Shown here: positions 37,943 through 49,627 of the stretch, one piece after another
How positions within the stretch are numbered: position 1 is the stretch's first letter
Layout: the number at the start of each line of letters is the position of its first letter
Assembly: GCA_951406725.2 (NCBI GenBank)
Contig: OX597821.1
Coordinates: 16,616,001-16,680,000 of the forward strand
Length of the DNA: 64,000 nt
From: Octopus vulgaris
Taxonomy: Eukaryota
Reading direction: 5' to 3'
The notes under the pieces: generated by a model
Database searches by the model: none
What the model saw: the letters and a program-made list of their open reading frames with translations, nothing else
Told to the model about the DNA's origin: nothing
Program-made: the position numbers and the translations under genes

Positions 37943-38835
37943 TATGTAAGTATATATATGTGTGTGCGCGTGTCTGTGTATGTGCGTATGTGTGTCAATT
38001 TTAGTGGGTGCGTTATTATGTATATACACCTAAGTGTTTAAACTGGAGTACCTGTATATACGTGTTCACGCTTCTGTGTATTAGTGAGAATTTTCCTAAT
38101 ATGGGAAACTTTTGTTCGTTTATATTTTGACATCATTATTCAGGAAACAGAATAACTTGTAATTTCAGCATTGAATAGTGGTTGCAACTTCTCTGATACG
38201 ACAAGGTCTACAAATATAAATCGAAAGGGCACAAGTATATAATTTTATATTTAAGTACCTATAATTGAAAAACAGACAGCAGATTTGTAATCAGATAGGA
38301 CGTATAAGGATTGTGGATAAATAAAAATTTTATCAGGATGGTAACATTCTCATTGTATATATATACGTACAAATGTATATATGAACATACAGGAATATAT
38401 ATGTATGGAAATTATATATATATATATATATACACACACAGAAAGAGAGAGGTTAAAACAACCACCATAAGGTGTGGCGTATATCCAATGAATTAGTAGT
38501 TTGTTACCTATTATTTTGTTGTAAATAGTAATATTCCTAAAGTGAAAGGTTTAACTATAAACCTTTGTTTATAAATATTCAACCTAAAATCCAGAAAATG
38601 GAGAAGTATCGATAATGTAATTTATTAAGTGCGAAACTCCAACATATTCACTTACACTTACAGTAAATAAATCATATTAACTCTACTTATTCATCTTCTA
38701 CATTGTAATTTGTGGGGTGGGGTGGGATGGGGTGTAAGTCGATTACATACACCGCAGTTTTCAACTTATATTCGTTTTCTCGTTCCCGAAAGGATGAAAA
38801 ACAAAGTAGATCTCAAATGCCTTACATATGTATAC

Positions 38836-38885
<50 letters not shown>

Positions 38886-38987
38886 CATATATACATATAT
38901 ATGTAGATATATGTATACATATGTAAGGCATATGTATACATACACATATATAAATATGTATAGAGAGAGAGATATATATTTGTGTAT

Positions 38988-39614
38988 ATACAAAATAAGA
39001 CAATGGAGAAATACATCTAAATCAAATATCAATTACCAGATAATACTCAATCACATACTTTATTAAACCACCACATAAGAGACTGTAGGGTTAGATATAA
39101 AAAGCAGAACAAATCAGTGTACATAAAGGAGCGTACATAAAAAAGTGTATATAAAAGAGTAATGTTGTATAATAAGTAGAATATATATAAAAAAGAGAAT
39201 ATAAATATAATTAAATATAAATATAAGTATAGATTACATCTTACAGCTGTTTCGGCCATGTAAATAAGTATGTCTCATTTTACCAATATTAGCCTTTTAT
39301 GGTAGGTCAATATATGGATATAAATGAGACATACTTATCTACATGGCCGAAACAGCTGTAAGATGTAATCTATACTTATATTTATATGTACTTATATTTA
39401 TATTCTCTTTTTTATATATATTCTACTTATTATACAACATTACTCTTTTATGTACACTTTTTTATGTACGTTCCTTTATGTACACTGATTTGTTCTGCTT
39501 TTTATATCTAACCCTACAGTCTCTTATGTGGTGGTTTAATAAAGCATGTGATTGAGTATTATCTGGTAATTGATATTTGATTTAGATGTATTTCTCCATT
39601 TTCTTATCTTGTAT
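38988..39614. repeat. Long fold-back palindrome, arms about 290 bp (38988-39281 / 39321-39614), containing the 3' half of an HHR
   Basis: Near-identical ORF-track entries on opposite strands (39047-39259, 39343-39555); catggcc GAAAC AGCT GTA agatg next to the axis. Confidence 0.95.
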
Positions 39615-39839
39615 TAGTAATTTGTGGTAAATCATTTTACCTTTGCCCATATAATACAGTAAATGAATTGATTGCATCGCAATCCTTAACATTTATGTAT
39701 TAACTTTGTTGGGTACTTCACTAGCAGTATATTGGATATATGTTATCCCATGGAGGGTTGCATTTACAACCCCTATCCCTATTTGTGTATATATATATAT
39801 TCGTCTACACCTATATATTCATTTATATATCTATATATT

Positions 39840-39884
<45 letters not shown>

Positions 39885-39886
<2 letters not shown>

Positions 39887-40045
39887 TCAGGATGTGATTA
39901 TTCTTTTGCCCATATGTGTCTGGCGGTGTTGCATCTGCGTATTTTGGCGTTTGAAACCATCGAACACCGTCTCTCCTGCGACATAATCTAAGTGTCCTGG
40001 TGTATAAGAGATTCTTATTATATCATACTCCATCTGCCGATATCT
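39885..40045 (+). mobile_element. Possible R4/Dong-type LINE zinc-knuckle remnant
   Basis: CCIC...FETIEHRLSC across a frameshift resembles CxxC-x4-ETxxH-x4-C. Confidence 0.3.
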
Positions 40046-40435
40046 AAATTTATTTATTAGAGAGGAAAAGTCAGTCTGAAGTCATCGTCCCGGAAATGAG
40101 TCTCTATAGCAGAAGTCAGGGATAGTCAGTTTGATCGATAGAAGAACTTAATTGCTACTTGATCATCTAGGCTTGATTTATATAAGTCAGAATAAACGTA
40201 GATGAGATTTCAACATGTTACGTAAAGCAAATTAAAGTCACATCGTATTTTTTTTGCATTTGTTACGCAATGAGCCATCATTAACCTTGTATATTGATAC
40301 AGAAGGCGGCGAGGAAGCAGGATCGTTACCACGGTGGCCAAAATACCTATTGATGCTTCATACTGTATATGTTTTGAGTTAAAAGTTCATCGAAACCTGC
40401 CTCGCCTTACACATCTATATGTACATATCTGTAAT

Positions 40436-40760
40436 AGGCGCAGGTGTGTTTGTGAGGTAAGCTATTTGTTTCCCAGCCTTATGGTTCCCGGTTCACACCT
40501 GTTGAGTGAGTCCTTGGGCAACTTTTCTCTGTAATATTCACAGGTTGAGCAAGGTTTATGAGAAGGTCTGTTAGACTGAAACTGAAAAGACCGTCGGGTA
40601 CGAGTGCGCGCGTGCGTGCGTGCGTGTGTGCGTGCGTGCGCGTGTGTGTGTGTGTGTGTGGAGTCTCTCATTGCCGCTTGACAACCCATGTTGGTGTGTT
40701 CACGTCCCCGTGACTTAGCGGTCTGGCTTAAGTAACCAAAGGAACAAGTACCAAGTTTAA
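40436..40760 (+). mobile_element. Degenerate tRNA-derived SINE
   Basis: aggcgcaggtgtg...ggttcccggttca; gtccccgtgacttagcggt. Confidence 0.8.
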
Positions 40761-41039
40761 AAGCGAAGGAGTGTTAGTGCGAGGGAAATGAGGTGACATA
40801 GGGAAGTGGCTGATATCGGGGAAAGGGAGAACAAAGTTGTGCAATGAACAAATATGGAGTAACAGTGGGATACAGCCGTCATTCAAGTATACACACAAGC
40901 ATGCTTCCAATCAGATTACAAATCCAAATCGTAGCAGACAGGCGATAATTAATGAAATCAGTGTTTGTTTCTATGTATGTCACACGCTGTCACCTTTATG
41001 AAAAGGAATAATTTAGATCAAAAGTTTACTCTATTCTGT

Positions 41040-41487
41040 TCTACTCTAGGCACAAGGCCGGAAATTTTGGAAGAGGGGGCCAGTCGATCAGATCGACCCC
41101 AGTACGATCTAAATAATAAATGAAGATAATAAATTACGATAATAAATTAAGTACCAACTGGTACTTAATTTATTTACCCTGAAAAGATGAAAGGCAAAGT
41201 CGACCTCGGTGGAATTGGAACTCAGAACGTAAAGACAGACGAAATACCTATTTCTATTTCTTTACTACCCACAAGGGGCTAAACAAAGAGAGGACAAACA
41301 AGGACAGGCAAACGGATTAAGTCGATTATATCGACCCCAGTGCGTAACTGGTACTTATTTAATCGACCCCGAAAGGATGAAAGGCAAAGTCGACCTCGGC
41401 GGAATTTGAACTCAGAACTTAATGGCAGACGAAATGCCGCTAAGCGTTTCGTCCGGCGTGCTAACGTTTCTGCCAGCTCGCCGCCTT
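41040..41487 (-). mobile_element. Two tandem copies of a tRNA-derived SINE with a Nin/Deu-like central domain
   Basis: Head ggcggcgagctggcagaa...gagttcaaattcc; core gcctttcatcctttcggggtcgattaaataagtacc occurs twice. Confidence 0.85.
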
Positions 41488-41984
41488 AGATAGGTTTACT
41501 CTATTAACATGGAGGCGCATTAACATTACGCGCACAAATGGAAGTAACTTAATCCTACAACAACTTTACTTGTGATTTAACCAAACACATTCTTTCTTCT
41601 CATCCCCTTTCAGTCTCTCTCTCTCTCTCTCTCGCTTTCTTTCACTTTCTCTATCTCTAACTATCTATCTATTTATCTATCTCTATCTCTACACACACAT
41701 CTTTCATATCACGCACTTTCTCGCTCCGCTGAGCGTTAGCATTTAACTTTAGGGTCTCGTGCACAGGAACCCAAATGGTGTTCAAAGATATGAATTTTTG
41801 TACAAATATTTACAGAATTGAAGTTGCATATGTTTGGAATTTGGATATCAAACAAAAAAAATATTTTTAAAAGAAGGAAAATACAAAGTTCTATAAAGTG
41901 TTCTTAGTCCGAAATTTCACTAAGTGATTTTTTTAAGAGATGTACTATAAGTTAGATAAAGAACCTTGCTATATTACTATGCCT

Positions 41985-42019
41985 CAGGCAACTCAGGTAA
42001 CGCCGGTTATTTCATCTAG
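41985..42019 (+). mobile_element. Helitron-type 3' terminus remnant
   Basis: Eroded hairpin ggtaacgccggtt followed by CTAG|T. Confidence 0.45.
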
Positions 42020-42507
42020 TATATATATATATATAGCCAATTCAAATAAACGAACATTAAAAAACAAGGTTGTACAAAGAATGTATTATTTTGGCGCTCA
42101 GTGAAAAAAGGTGTTGTTTGACGTTTCGAGCAAATACACATATATATTTATTTGTGTATCTATCTATATATATATATGTGTTCTTTTGTTTTGGGACGCA
42201 TGGAATGTGTATCGAATTATACACACGAGAAGGTAATAGCTGGAATACAGTATAAACGTGAAAACAACAGAAGCATTAGATATTTTACTCTTATATGACG
42301 GAAAAAATTGTCGGTAGACAGCCACAAGACTCGAGCCCGCGCCCCCAACAGACATATACCGGCTGAATACTCAACCAATTAACTTAAAATGACCACTGAC
42401 AACAATTTCCCTCAAATTAACGCTATACACATAGCTTCTTTTGAAATGCAACAACTTATGTAAACAAGCATTTTGTTTGTATTTGAACGCGTCAAATGTG
42501 TATTGTT

Positions 42508-42788
42508 ATACGAGAAAGTAATATTTCGAACGCAGTATGGCCGTGAAAGTAGCAGAAACTTTTGGCATGATACGATACACATTCGCCGAGTCCGAAGACC
42601 AAAAAGTTTGTTTACATATGTTCTTGCATTTCGAAATAATCCATAGCGTTAGTTTGACAGAGATTGTTGTTCTGTCGGTGCCTGGAAGGTATTGACAACG
42701 TTTTTCTGTCATATAAGTGCAGATTACTCAATATTTCTGCTATTTTTGCGGCTATACTACCTTCAAAATATTACTTTCTCCTCCGTAT
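42508..42788. mobile_element. MITE-like element with about 50-bp imperfect TIRs
   Basis: gagaaagtaatatttcgaacgcagtatggccgtgaaagtagcagaaa versus tttctgctatttttgcggctatactaccttcaaaatattactttctc. Confidence 0.75.
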
Positions 42789-42869
42789 GATACAATATAT
42801 ATATATATGTTTGTATAAATCCGTATGTATATCCATATATACATATATGCATATGTATGTATTTATAGG

Positions 42870-43150
42870 GGAAGAATTCACAAAAAAAACAAAAGACGAA
42901 GACAGATGGTGTAGACAACAAACAGATATATTAGTTTAACGCTCGTGGAGTCAGTCTTTAACGTTTCGAGCCTACGCTCTTATACAGAATGGAACACAGA
43001 ATGAAACAAGGAGAGGAAATACAGAATGTGTATTGGCTAGCGATCTATCAAGGCGAGGGGGAGATAATAAAATAGTGGTGATCCCAAAACGAAGGTGTGT
43101 CTGCGTGTGTAAAAGAGAGCATGTCTGTGCGTGTAGAAGGGGGTTGGTGA
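42870..43150 (-). mobile_element. Inverted PLE pseudo-LTR-type segment with eroded HHR (42953-42990)
   Basis: Minus strand ctgtata a-gagc-gtag-gctc GAAAC GTT aaagac; abuts the truncated 5' end of a plus-strand Naiad remnant. Confidence 0.6.
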
Positions 43151-44449
43151 TCCTTAACTTATATAATGATTCATTTTTCCCATACCATAAGCCCCCAACT
43201 AATTTGAAATATTTTAGCTTTTTTAGTAATCATCCGAAGATTAGTTTAAAATATTAGCTTTTTTAGTAATCTTCCGCAGATATTTTGTTTAAATAGACTT
43301 TGAACACTATCTGATAATGTTAGTATCTTTAATGATAAAGCGGAATTTTATAACTATGCCTTCAAGCAGGCTATAAAAAGAAATTAAGTACCTTAACCCT
43401 ATTGACATTGATTCTGTGATAAGAAAACACATTTTAACGATAATAACAATATAAGTTTTAGTTCGAATAATAACAATAAATCGAAAAATGTAATTTTGCA
43501 GGGTAAGGGAGATAACCATTTTTTATTTCCATTTTTGCGTAATAAAAGAATCTAAGACTTTTAAAGATAATTACCGAAATAACAGAGTTGATTCTAGTAA
43601 AACAATTGGGATGGTCATTCCATTTGGTACACAGATCAAACCCAACCTCCCCTATCAGCTCTGTGAAGGTATAGACAAGAATTTTCCAAAAAATTCCAGA
43701 CACTGAGTTAAGATAGGATTTTCAAACAACAAAATCTTTTCACAAATCATAAGTTATTAAATGTAAATCCTCTTAATGAAAATAATAACTGTGATATTAT
43801 CAACGCTAACCATTCCTTAAAAAATAATAAGAATAATATCAATGTTTCTGATAGAAACTTGAATCGAATTCGTTTCTTTAGCAGTTATTGTAAGACTAGA
43901 AACTCTGTTTACCAATGTAAAGTTACTTCTGGTTCTAATGCCTTTTTATACAGGCAGTTCTTTGACTCAGTTGTAAAAAAGATTATCTAACCACTATTCA
44001 ACATTTAGGCATATCAATAAACGCAACACTACTGGGCTTACTAATTAATTTGGTCTCTAAATGAACATGAACAATATTTTTGGGAATGGAAAATTCTATC
44101 TAGATCTTTTCCATATGACAAAGATAATTTATTTTATCCACTCTGTATTGAAGAACAATTTTTCATCCTTTTCTCGAAAAATACTCTTTAAACAAGTTTT
44201 AAAAATGCATGTACCGTTGCACGCATTGGAAAAGACACACCTATAGTTTCTTTGAAAACTTTATATCAACTTATATATATCGACCTTTAAGTGTTTTCGT
44301 ACATTTCATTTCGACTACATATATCTACTTCCCCGCTTTTAAACTTTACTCCCATTCATCTCTCACATTATATTTTTCCACTCTTAATTTTCTGTTAATT
44401 TCTTTTTGTCTCCTCCTTCACTTTTTCTTTTTACTTCTGACGTTAAATC

Positions 44450-44450
<1 letters not shown>
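43150..44450 (+). mobile_element. Degenerate 5'-truncated Naiad-type PLE
   Basis: FFPYHKPPTNLKYFSFFSNHPK; CKTRNSVYQCKV; WEWKILSRS; PLCIEE; YRCTHWKR. Confidence 0.8.
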
Positions 44451-44526
<76 letters not shown>

Positions 44527-44558
44527 CATAAAATATCTTGCACAACAAATATTTAAAC

Positions 44559-44599
<41 letters not shown>

Positions 44600-44600
<1 letters not shown>

Positions 44601-44820
44601 TAATAAATAAAATAAACATATGCATATATATAAACATATATGTACGTACCTACCTCTACTTGTACATATACACGCATATATGAGTACAGGACACCAAAAA
44701 TACGTTGAACACAATGAGAAACGAAAACATAGACACAAACCAAAGGAACTGGACATTTTTTTAAACAACAAAAAAATAGAGTACAGGACAATTAACACAA
44801 AGAAAAAAAACCTTCTTCAT
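44600..44820 (-). mobile_element. Single copy of the repeat that forms the 56850-57345 palindrome
   Basis: gtacaggacacc...gaacacaatgagaaacgaaaa...atagagtaca shared with both arms. Confidence 0.8.
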
Positions 44821-45370
44821 ATATATATATGGGCGGCGTTCGTCTGCGTGTTTGGTTGTGTGTATTCGCTTACAAAAGCTAAATTCATGGACATATAAAT
44901 ATATAAATGCATCCAACCATATTTAAATATATATATTTAAAATGTAATATAAATATACAATTTCCGAACTCCATAACCGCTTTCTAGCCTAGAAACGTTC
45001 GTATGCCACTGAAGTACGTACTAAGTCAATTAACCTGTCCAATAACTTAATCTTTTTGTTTATCTTTCTCGAAAACTAATTTTAAACTTTGAGGAAAGAA
45101 ATTTACTGTTTTGGCAAAGATTTAAGTAATCGTAACACGAATGTAATGTTGACAAAGATATTTCACCATCGATTGCCAATTGGTGGGGTTTTTTTTTCTC
45201 TTTGCGCCCGAAGAATGTCTCTGTGATATCTTCAGTTACAAATGACTATGGATGAAATAAAAGGAAACCAAAATTGTACAGATAAGCTAAACATCTGAAA
45301 AAGAACGATATATATATATATGTATATGTATGTATGTGTGTGTGTGTATGTGTGTGTGTGTGTGTGTGTG

Positions 45371-45437
<67 letters not shown>

Positions 45438-45699
45438 CTCCCTCCTTAAAGAAAATATGTCCAGTATCTTCAAAAACTGATTTGCCTTCAGGGTAATATC
45501 AGAAAAAAATTGTTGCTGTTACATGTGATCGCCATTTTCGGTCCATTAATATACATTTCTACAATGATACAAAATTGATATATTAGTTATTTTGAAATGG
45601 ATGCTACTGCTAATACATTCTTTGATATAAATACTGTATGTGATACTTCGCAGCAGAATAGTATCAATACAATACGCTAAATATACTTATCTATACTTA

Positions 45700-46341
45700 C
45701 AGTGTTTTGGACAAAATAATAGAAACACCTAGCAGCATTGCATCATAATTTTGAAATATTTATACAAACGTTAAAAGTTTGTTTATTTTTATGGGTTCTT
45801 TTATTTATTATTAGTGTTGCTTAATTTGTTTTGCTAAAATTGCTATTTCTTTTCAGATATCATCTGAAAAAGGTAATTAAATTTCATTCAAATGACAGAT
45901 CTATCGGACTTTGAAAACGGTCAAACTGTTGGTGCTCGTATGGTAGGCGCTAGTTTAACGCAAACAGCCGAAACGTTTGGTGTATCAAGAAGTACTGCCT
46001 CGAAAGTAATGACAGCTTTTGAGAAGGAAGGAAAACCTCCTCGTTGAAACAAAACTCCGGAAGAAAACCAAAACCTTCACATAGGATTCTTACGCAAATC
46101 GTTAGAAAGGATCATAAAAAATATAGCTACCAAAATTACTCCAGAGCTTAATGACCACCGCGATAAGCCAGTTTCCACAAAATCTGTTCGTCGGGAGCTG
46201 CACTAAGCCGGAATTCGCAGGAGAACTGCAATCAGGAATCCACTATTTTCAAAAACAAACGTTACAAAGCGTTTAGAATGGAGTAAAAACCTACAGAATT
46301 GATCCCAAGAGCAGTGGAAGAATGTTATATTCTCGGACGAG
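45700..46341 (+). mobile_element. Tc1-like transposon, 5' half
   Basis: TA|CAGTG terminus; ATG at 45892 gives MTDLSDFENGQTVGARMVGASLTQTAETFGVSRSTASKV; ends at WKNVIFSDE. Confidence 0.88.
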
Positions 46342-46366
46342 ATAGATACATAGATAGATAGAGAAA

Positions 46367-46402
<36 letters not shown>

Positions 46403-46407
<5 letters not shown>

Positions 46408-46447
46408 ATACTTTGATAGGTTTCGGCCATTATTGGCCCAGGCCATG
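46403..46447 (-). mobile_element. Very short LINE 3' tail
   Basis: catggcctg-ggcca-ataa-tggcc-gaaacctatcaaagtatcaaa, related to the tail at 22640-22700. Confidence 0.6.
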
Positions 46448-46449
46448 TA

Positions 46450-46800
46450 TGTAGAAAAATGCAAACTAGGACAAGAACGTAAAACATTTAGAAGACGATA
46501 CAAAAAACACGGACGGGACATTCGAAGCCTTCATCCTCGCAATTTCGGCTGATTAATCTTGAGATCGCTCCGATCCGGCCAGCCCCAAGGAAAAACTAAG
46601 CTACGAGCATTAGATTTCTTGGAAAAAGGATCGAATGTATACGAAACAAGGACAGAAAAACGGACGATGCCACACGAATATAAATACAAAAAACAATAAT
46701 AGTAATAACAGGACAAAAACAGCGGGTGTCTTACGACTAAGACAGTACAACTTAGTTCAGCTGGCGCATTTGGAAAAACATGCCTTTTTCGTCGGACGAA
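46450..46800 (-). mobile_element. Dispersed repeat, same family as 11088-11230
   Basis: Direct sequence match, with a deletion of about 23 bp relative to the 11-kb copy. Confidence 0.7.
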
Positions 46801-46801
46801 G

Positions 46802-46871
<70 letters not shown>

Positions 46872-48180
46872 TTACAAATGCCTATACAATATTTGTAACA
46901 TTATATGCTTATTTTATTTACTTTTTCCAAATTCTCTTTTTAAACAAAGACTAGTTTTAGAAGAAAATTTTCTGTTTCAGTAAATAGATGAATAGAACGT
47001 ATTAACCTAAGCCTGTGTGAATGTGGGTGGCGTAGCAGTTAATATGTTCTCCTCGTGATCATAAGATCAGGGGTCCAGTTTTTGTACGGGTGATGAATAG
47101 ATCATCTGATCAAGACACTTCATTTCACGTGGCTATCATTCTACATTATAAGAGAGAGTGGAGAATGTGCCCATCTCTAATCGCGACTACATAAACACCT
47201 ACAAAGATATCAGAAATATTGGCAGAAAGAACCATGTCACTCGATTGCGAATGTCTGCGCACGCGTATTCACAAACGCGCGCAATCTCTCTCCCTCATAC
47301 CCGCACACACTCACACACACATATTTGAGTTTTGTACACGTGTTTGTGTGCGCCTCTGTGTGTATGTGTCTGTGTATGTGTCATCTGGAGTCGTCATTGA
47401 CAGTTATCACACTGGTTTCAAACCATATGAAAATCATATTATCCACGTGTGTTTCAGCAGTATACATGTGTGTGTGTGTGTGTGTGTGTGAGTGGACAAA
47501 TGGGAGAAAAGGGCACTCAGCACATTTAGTAGGAGTTAAACGTATTATTATTTAAAACATTTAGATTCGCTTTCATGCGATTTTAAATTTCTCGGCATCT
47601 CTTTTGGGCTGTGATTATAATTTATAAATATATAGATTCCTGAATGTGAGATAACTGCATAGAGGACGAATAGAACTCTATACATGTACATTAAACCCTA
47701 AACTCTGATATTTCGTTGTCAGTCAACATAAACAATAGTACAAAATTAATACAAGTATCTCAAGTGTAATGAATATTTGTATGCGATAAATTAAGAATTG
47801 TATTTCAAATCTTATCAATCAAGTATAGACATCATTTCATGTATAAATTTTATTTACATTCAGATAGTTTAATTAAACTATATTGTATACTATGGACATA
47901 TACTAATTGAGGCCATAACAGCTGTGATTAATCAAAGACCCACTTCGAACAAATTGAAAGGAACTAATAATTATACAGAAATTCAGATATCGAGGTGCAG
48001 CTTTTATTTTCGAAGTATAAGACTGAGGTAGAGAAAGATTTACCAGTGTGATTGATATAGTAATGTTTTTATATTTACACGCGCGATCCCGGACCCGTAG
48101 GAAACGCCATCAATTATATTTACACTTGTTGGCAGGTACGACATCCGTTTTTAACTTACTTAATGTTATGTGTGGGTATG

Positions 48181-48243
<63 letters not shown>

Positions 48244-48532
48244 AGGCACATGGCCTAGTGGTTAGTACAGCGGACTCGTGGTCGAGGGATCGCGGGTCCG
48301 AATCTCAGACCGGGCGATGTGTGTGTTTATGAGCGAAACACCTAAGCTCCACGCGGCTCCGGCAGAAGGTAATGGTGAGCCGACTCTTTCGCCACAACTT
48401 TCTCTCACTCTTTCCTCCTGCACCTAGCAGCTCACCTGCGACGGACCGGCGTCCCGTCCAGGTGGGGAACGCCAAGGAAACCAAGTAACCGGCCCTTATG
48501 AGCCAGACGTGACTCGAGAAGGAACAAACAAC
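48244..48532 (+). mobile_element. tRNA-derived SINE, second family, with (CAA)-type tail
   Basis: ggcacatggcctagtggttag...gggtccgaatctc; cacctaagctccacg; tail gagaaggaacaaacaaca. Confidence 0.9.
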
Positions 48533-48541
48533 ATACATGTG

Positions 48542-48564
<23 letters not shown>

Positions 48565-48572
<8 letters not shown>

Positions 48573-48840
48573 ATCACGTGACCGACCCGACCATCAGATG
48601 TTGCTACACATGGCTGATCACAATGCGTTTGCATTGTTTTAGCCTTCAAATGACGCCACCCCACTGGCTAAGCAAGCATCACAACAGAAGAAAGAGTGGT
48701 GAAGGAGTACAGCAGGGATCACCGCCCCCTGCCGGAGCCTCGTGGAGCTTTTAGGTATTTTCGCTCAATAAACACACACAACGCCCAGTCTGGGAATCGA
48801 AACCGCGATCCTACGACCGCGAGTCCGCTGCCCTAACCAC
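48565..48840 (-). mobile_element. Related SINE in the opposite orientation
   Basis: cgtggagcttttaggtattttcgctcaataaacacac...gggaatcgaaaccgcgatcc...ctaaccac. Confidence 0.9.
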
Positions 48841-48847
48841 ACACACA

Positions 48848-48886
<39 letters not shown>

Positions 48887-48910
48887 ACACACACATACAC
48901 ACACACACAT

Positions 48911-48970
<60 letters not shown>

Positions 48971-49320
48971 CAGAGTATTAGTGTAAAAGTCATTCAAATG
49001 GCAAATATATTAGCTTTAATCTGTATCGAGTCGAACTGCTTGTAAATACACTCGTCACTCACTCACAGCGAACACAAATATATACACGCATACTTAAAAA
49101 CTTGCATACATAGATATGTGCATGTTTGTGTATGGGCATGAATATTTATGTATGCAAATTCATGTATGCCTGTCCATGTGTTTGCTTGCATATCGAATTA
49201 CATTAGATTATACATTGATTTGGTATTTGAAGTATTTCTAATGGTCTGTAATGCACACACACACAACGTACACATGCACGCTCATATATATATATTTATA
49301 TACACACATACAGATTCATA

Positions 49321-49360
<40 letters not shown>

Positions 49361-49511
49361 TATATATATATTACGGAGATGTACTCGCATAGCAAGTAAT
49401 TTGATCTGAGATCGTGTGCTGAAACGAAAACAATTGCAGCGTGGAAGTTGTTTATAAGCCATTTAAGAAACACACAAAAGCCGTTCGATTCACTTCAACA
49501 TTTAAGTTTAA

Positions 49512-49561
49512 TTTGTCAAAATATTTTCGTCGCTAAAATCCGCGACCTGTTCACTGACAAA
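49512..49561 (-). ncRNA. Minimal hammerhead ribozyme, G3-C8 core variant
   Basis: tttgtca GTGAACA g-gtcgc-ggatttta-gcgac GAA AATATT T tgacaaa. 7-bp stem I, 5-bp stem II, palindromic stem III; lies in a 200-bp insert between (TA)n tracts. Confidence 0.8.
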
Positions 49562-49570
49562 AATCCGTGC

Positions 49571-49627
<57 letters not shown>

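Noticed and set aside
46403-46447. Stem-loop plus GAAAC as a hammerhead
   Set aside because: No CUGANGA-type core; it matches LINE 3' tails instead.
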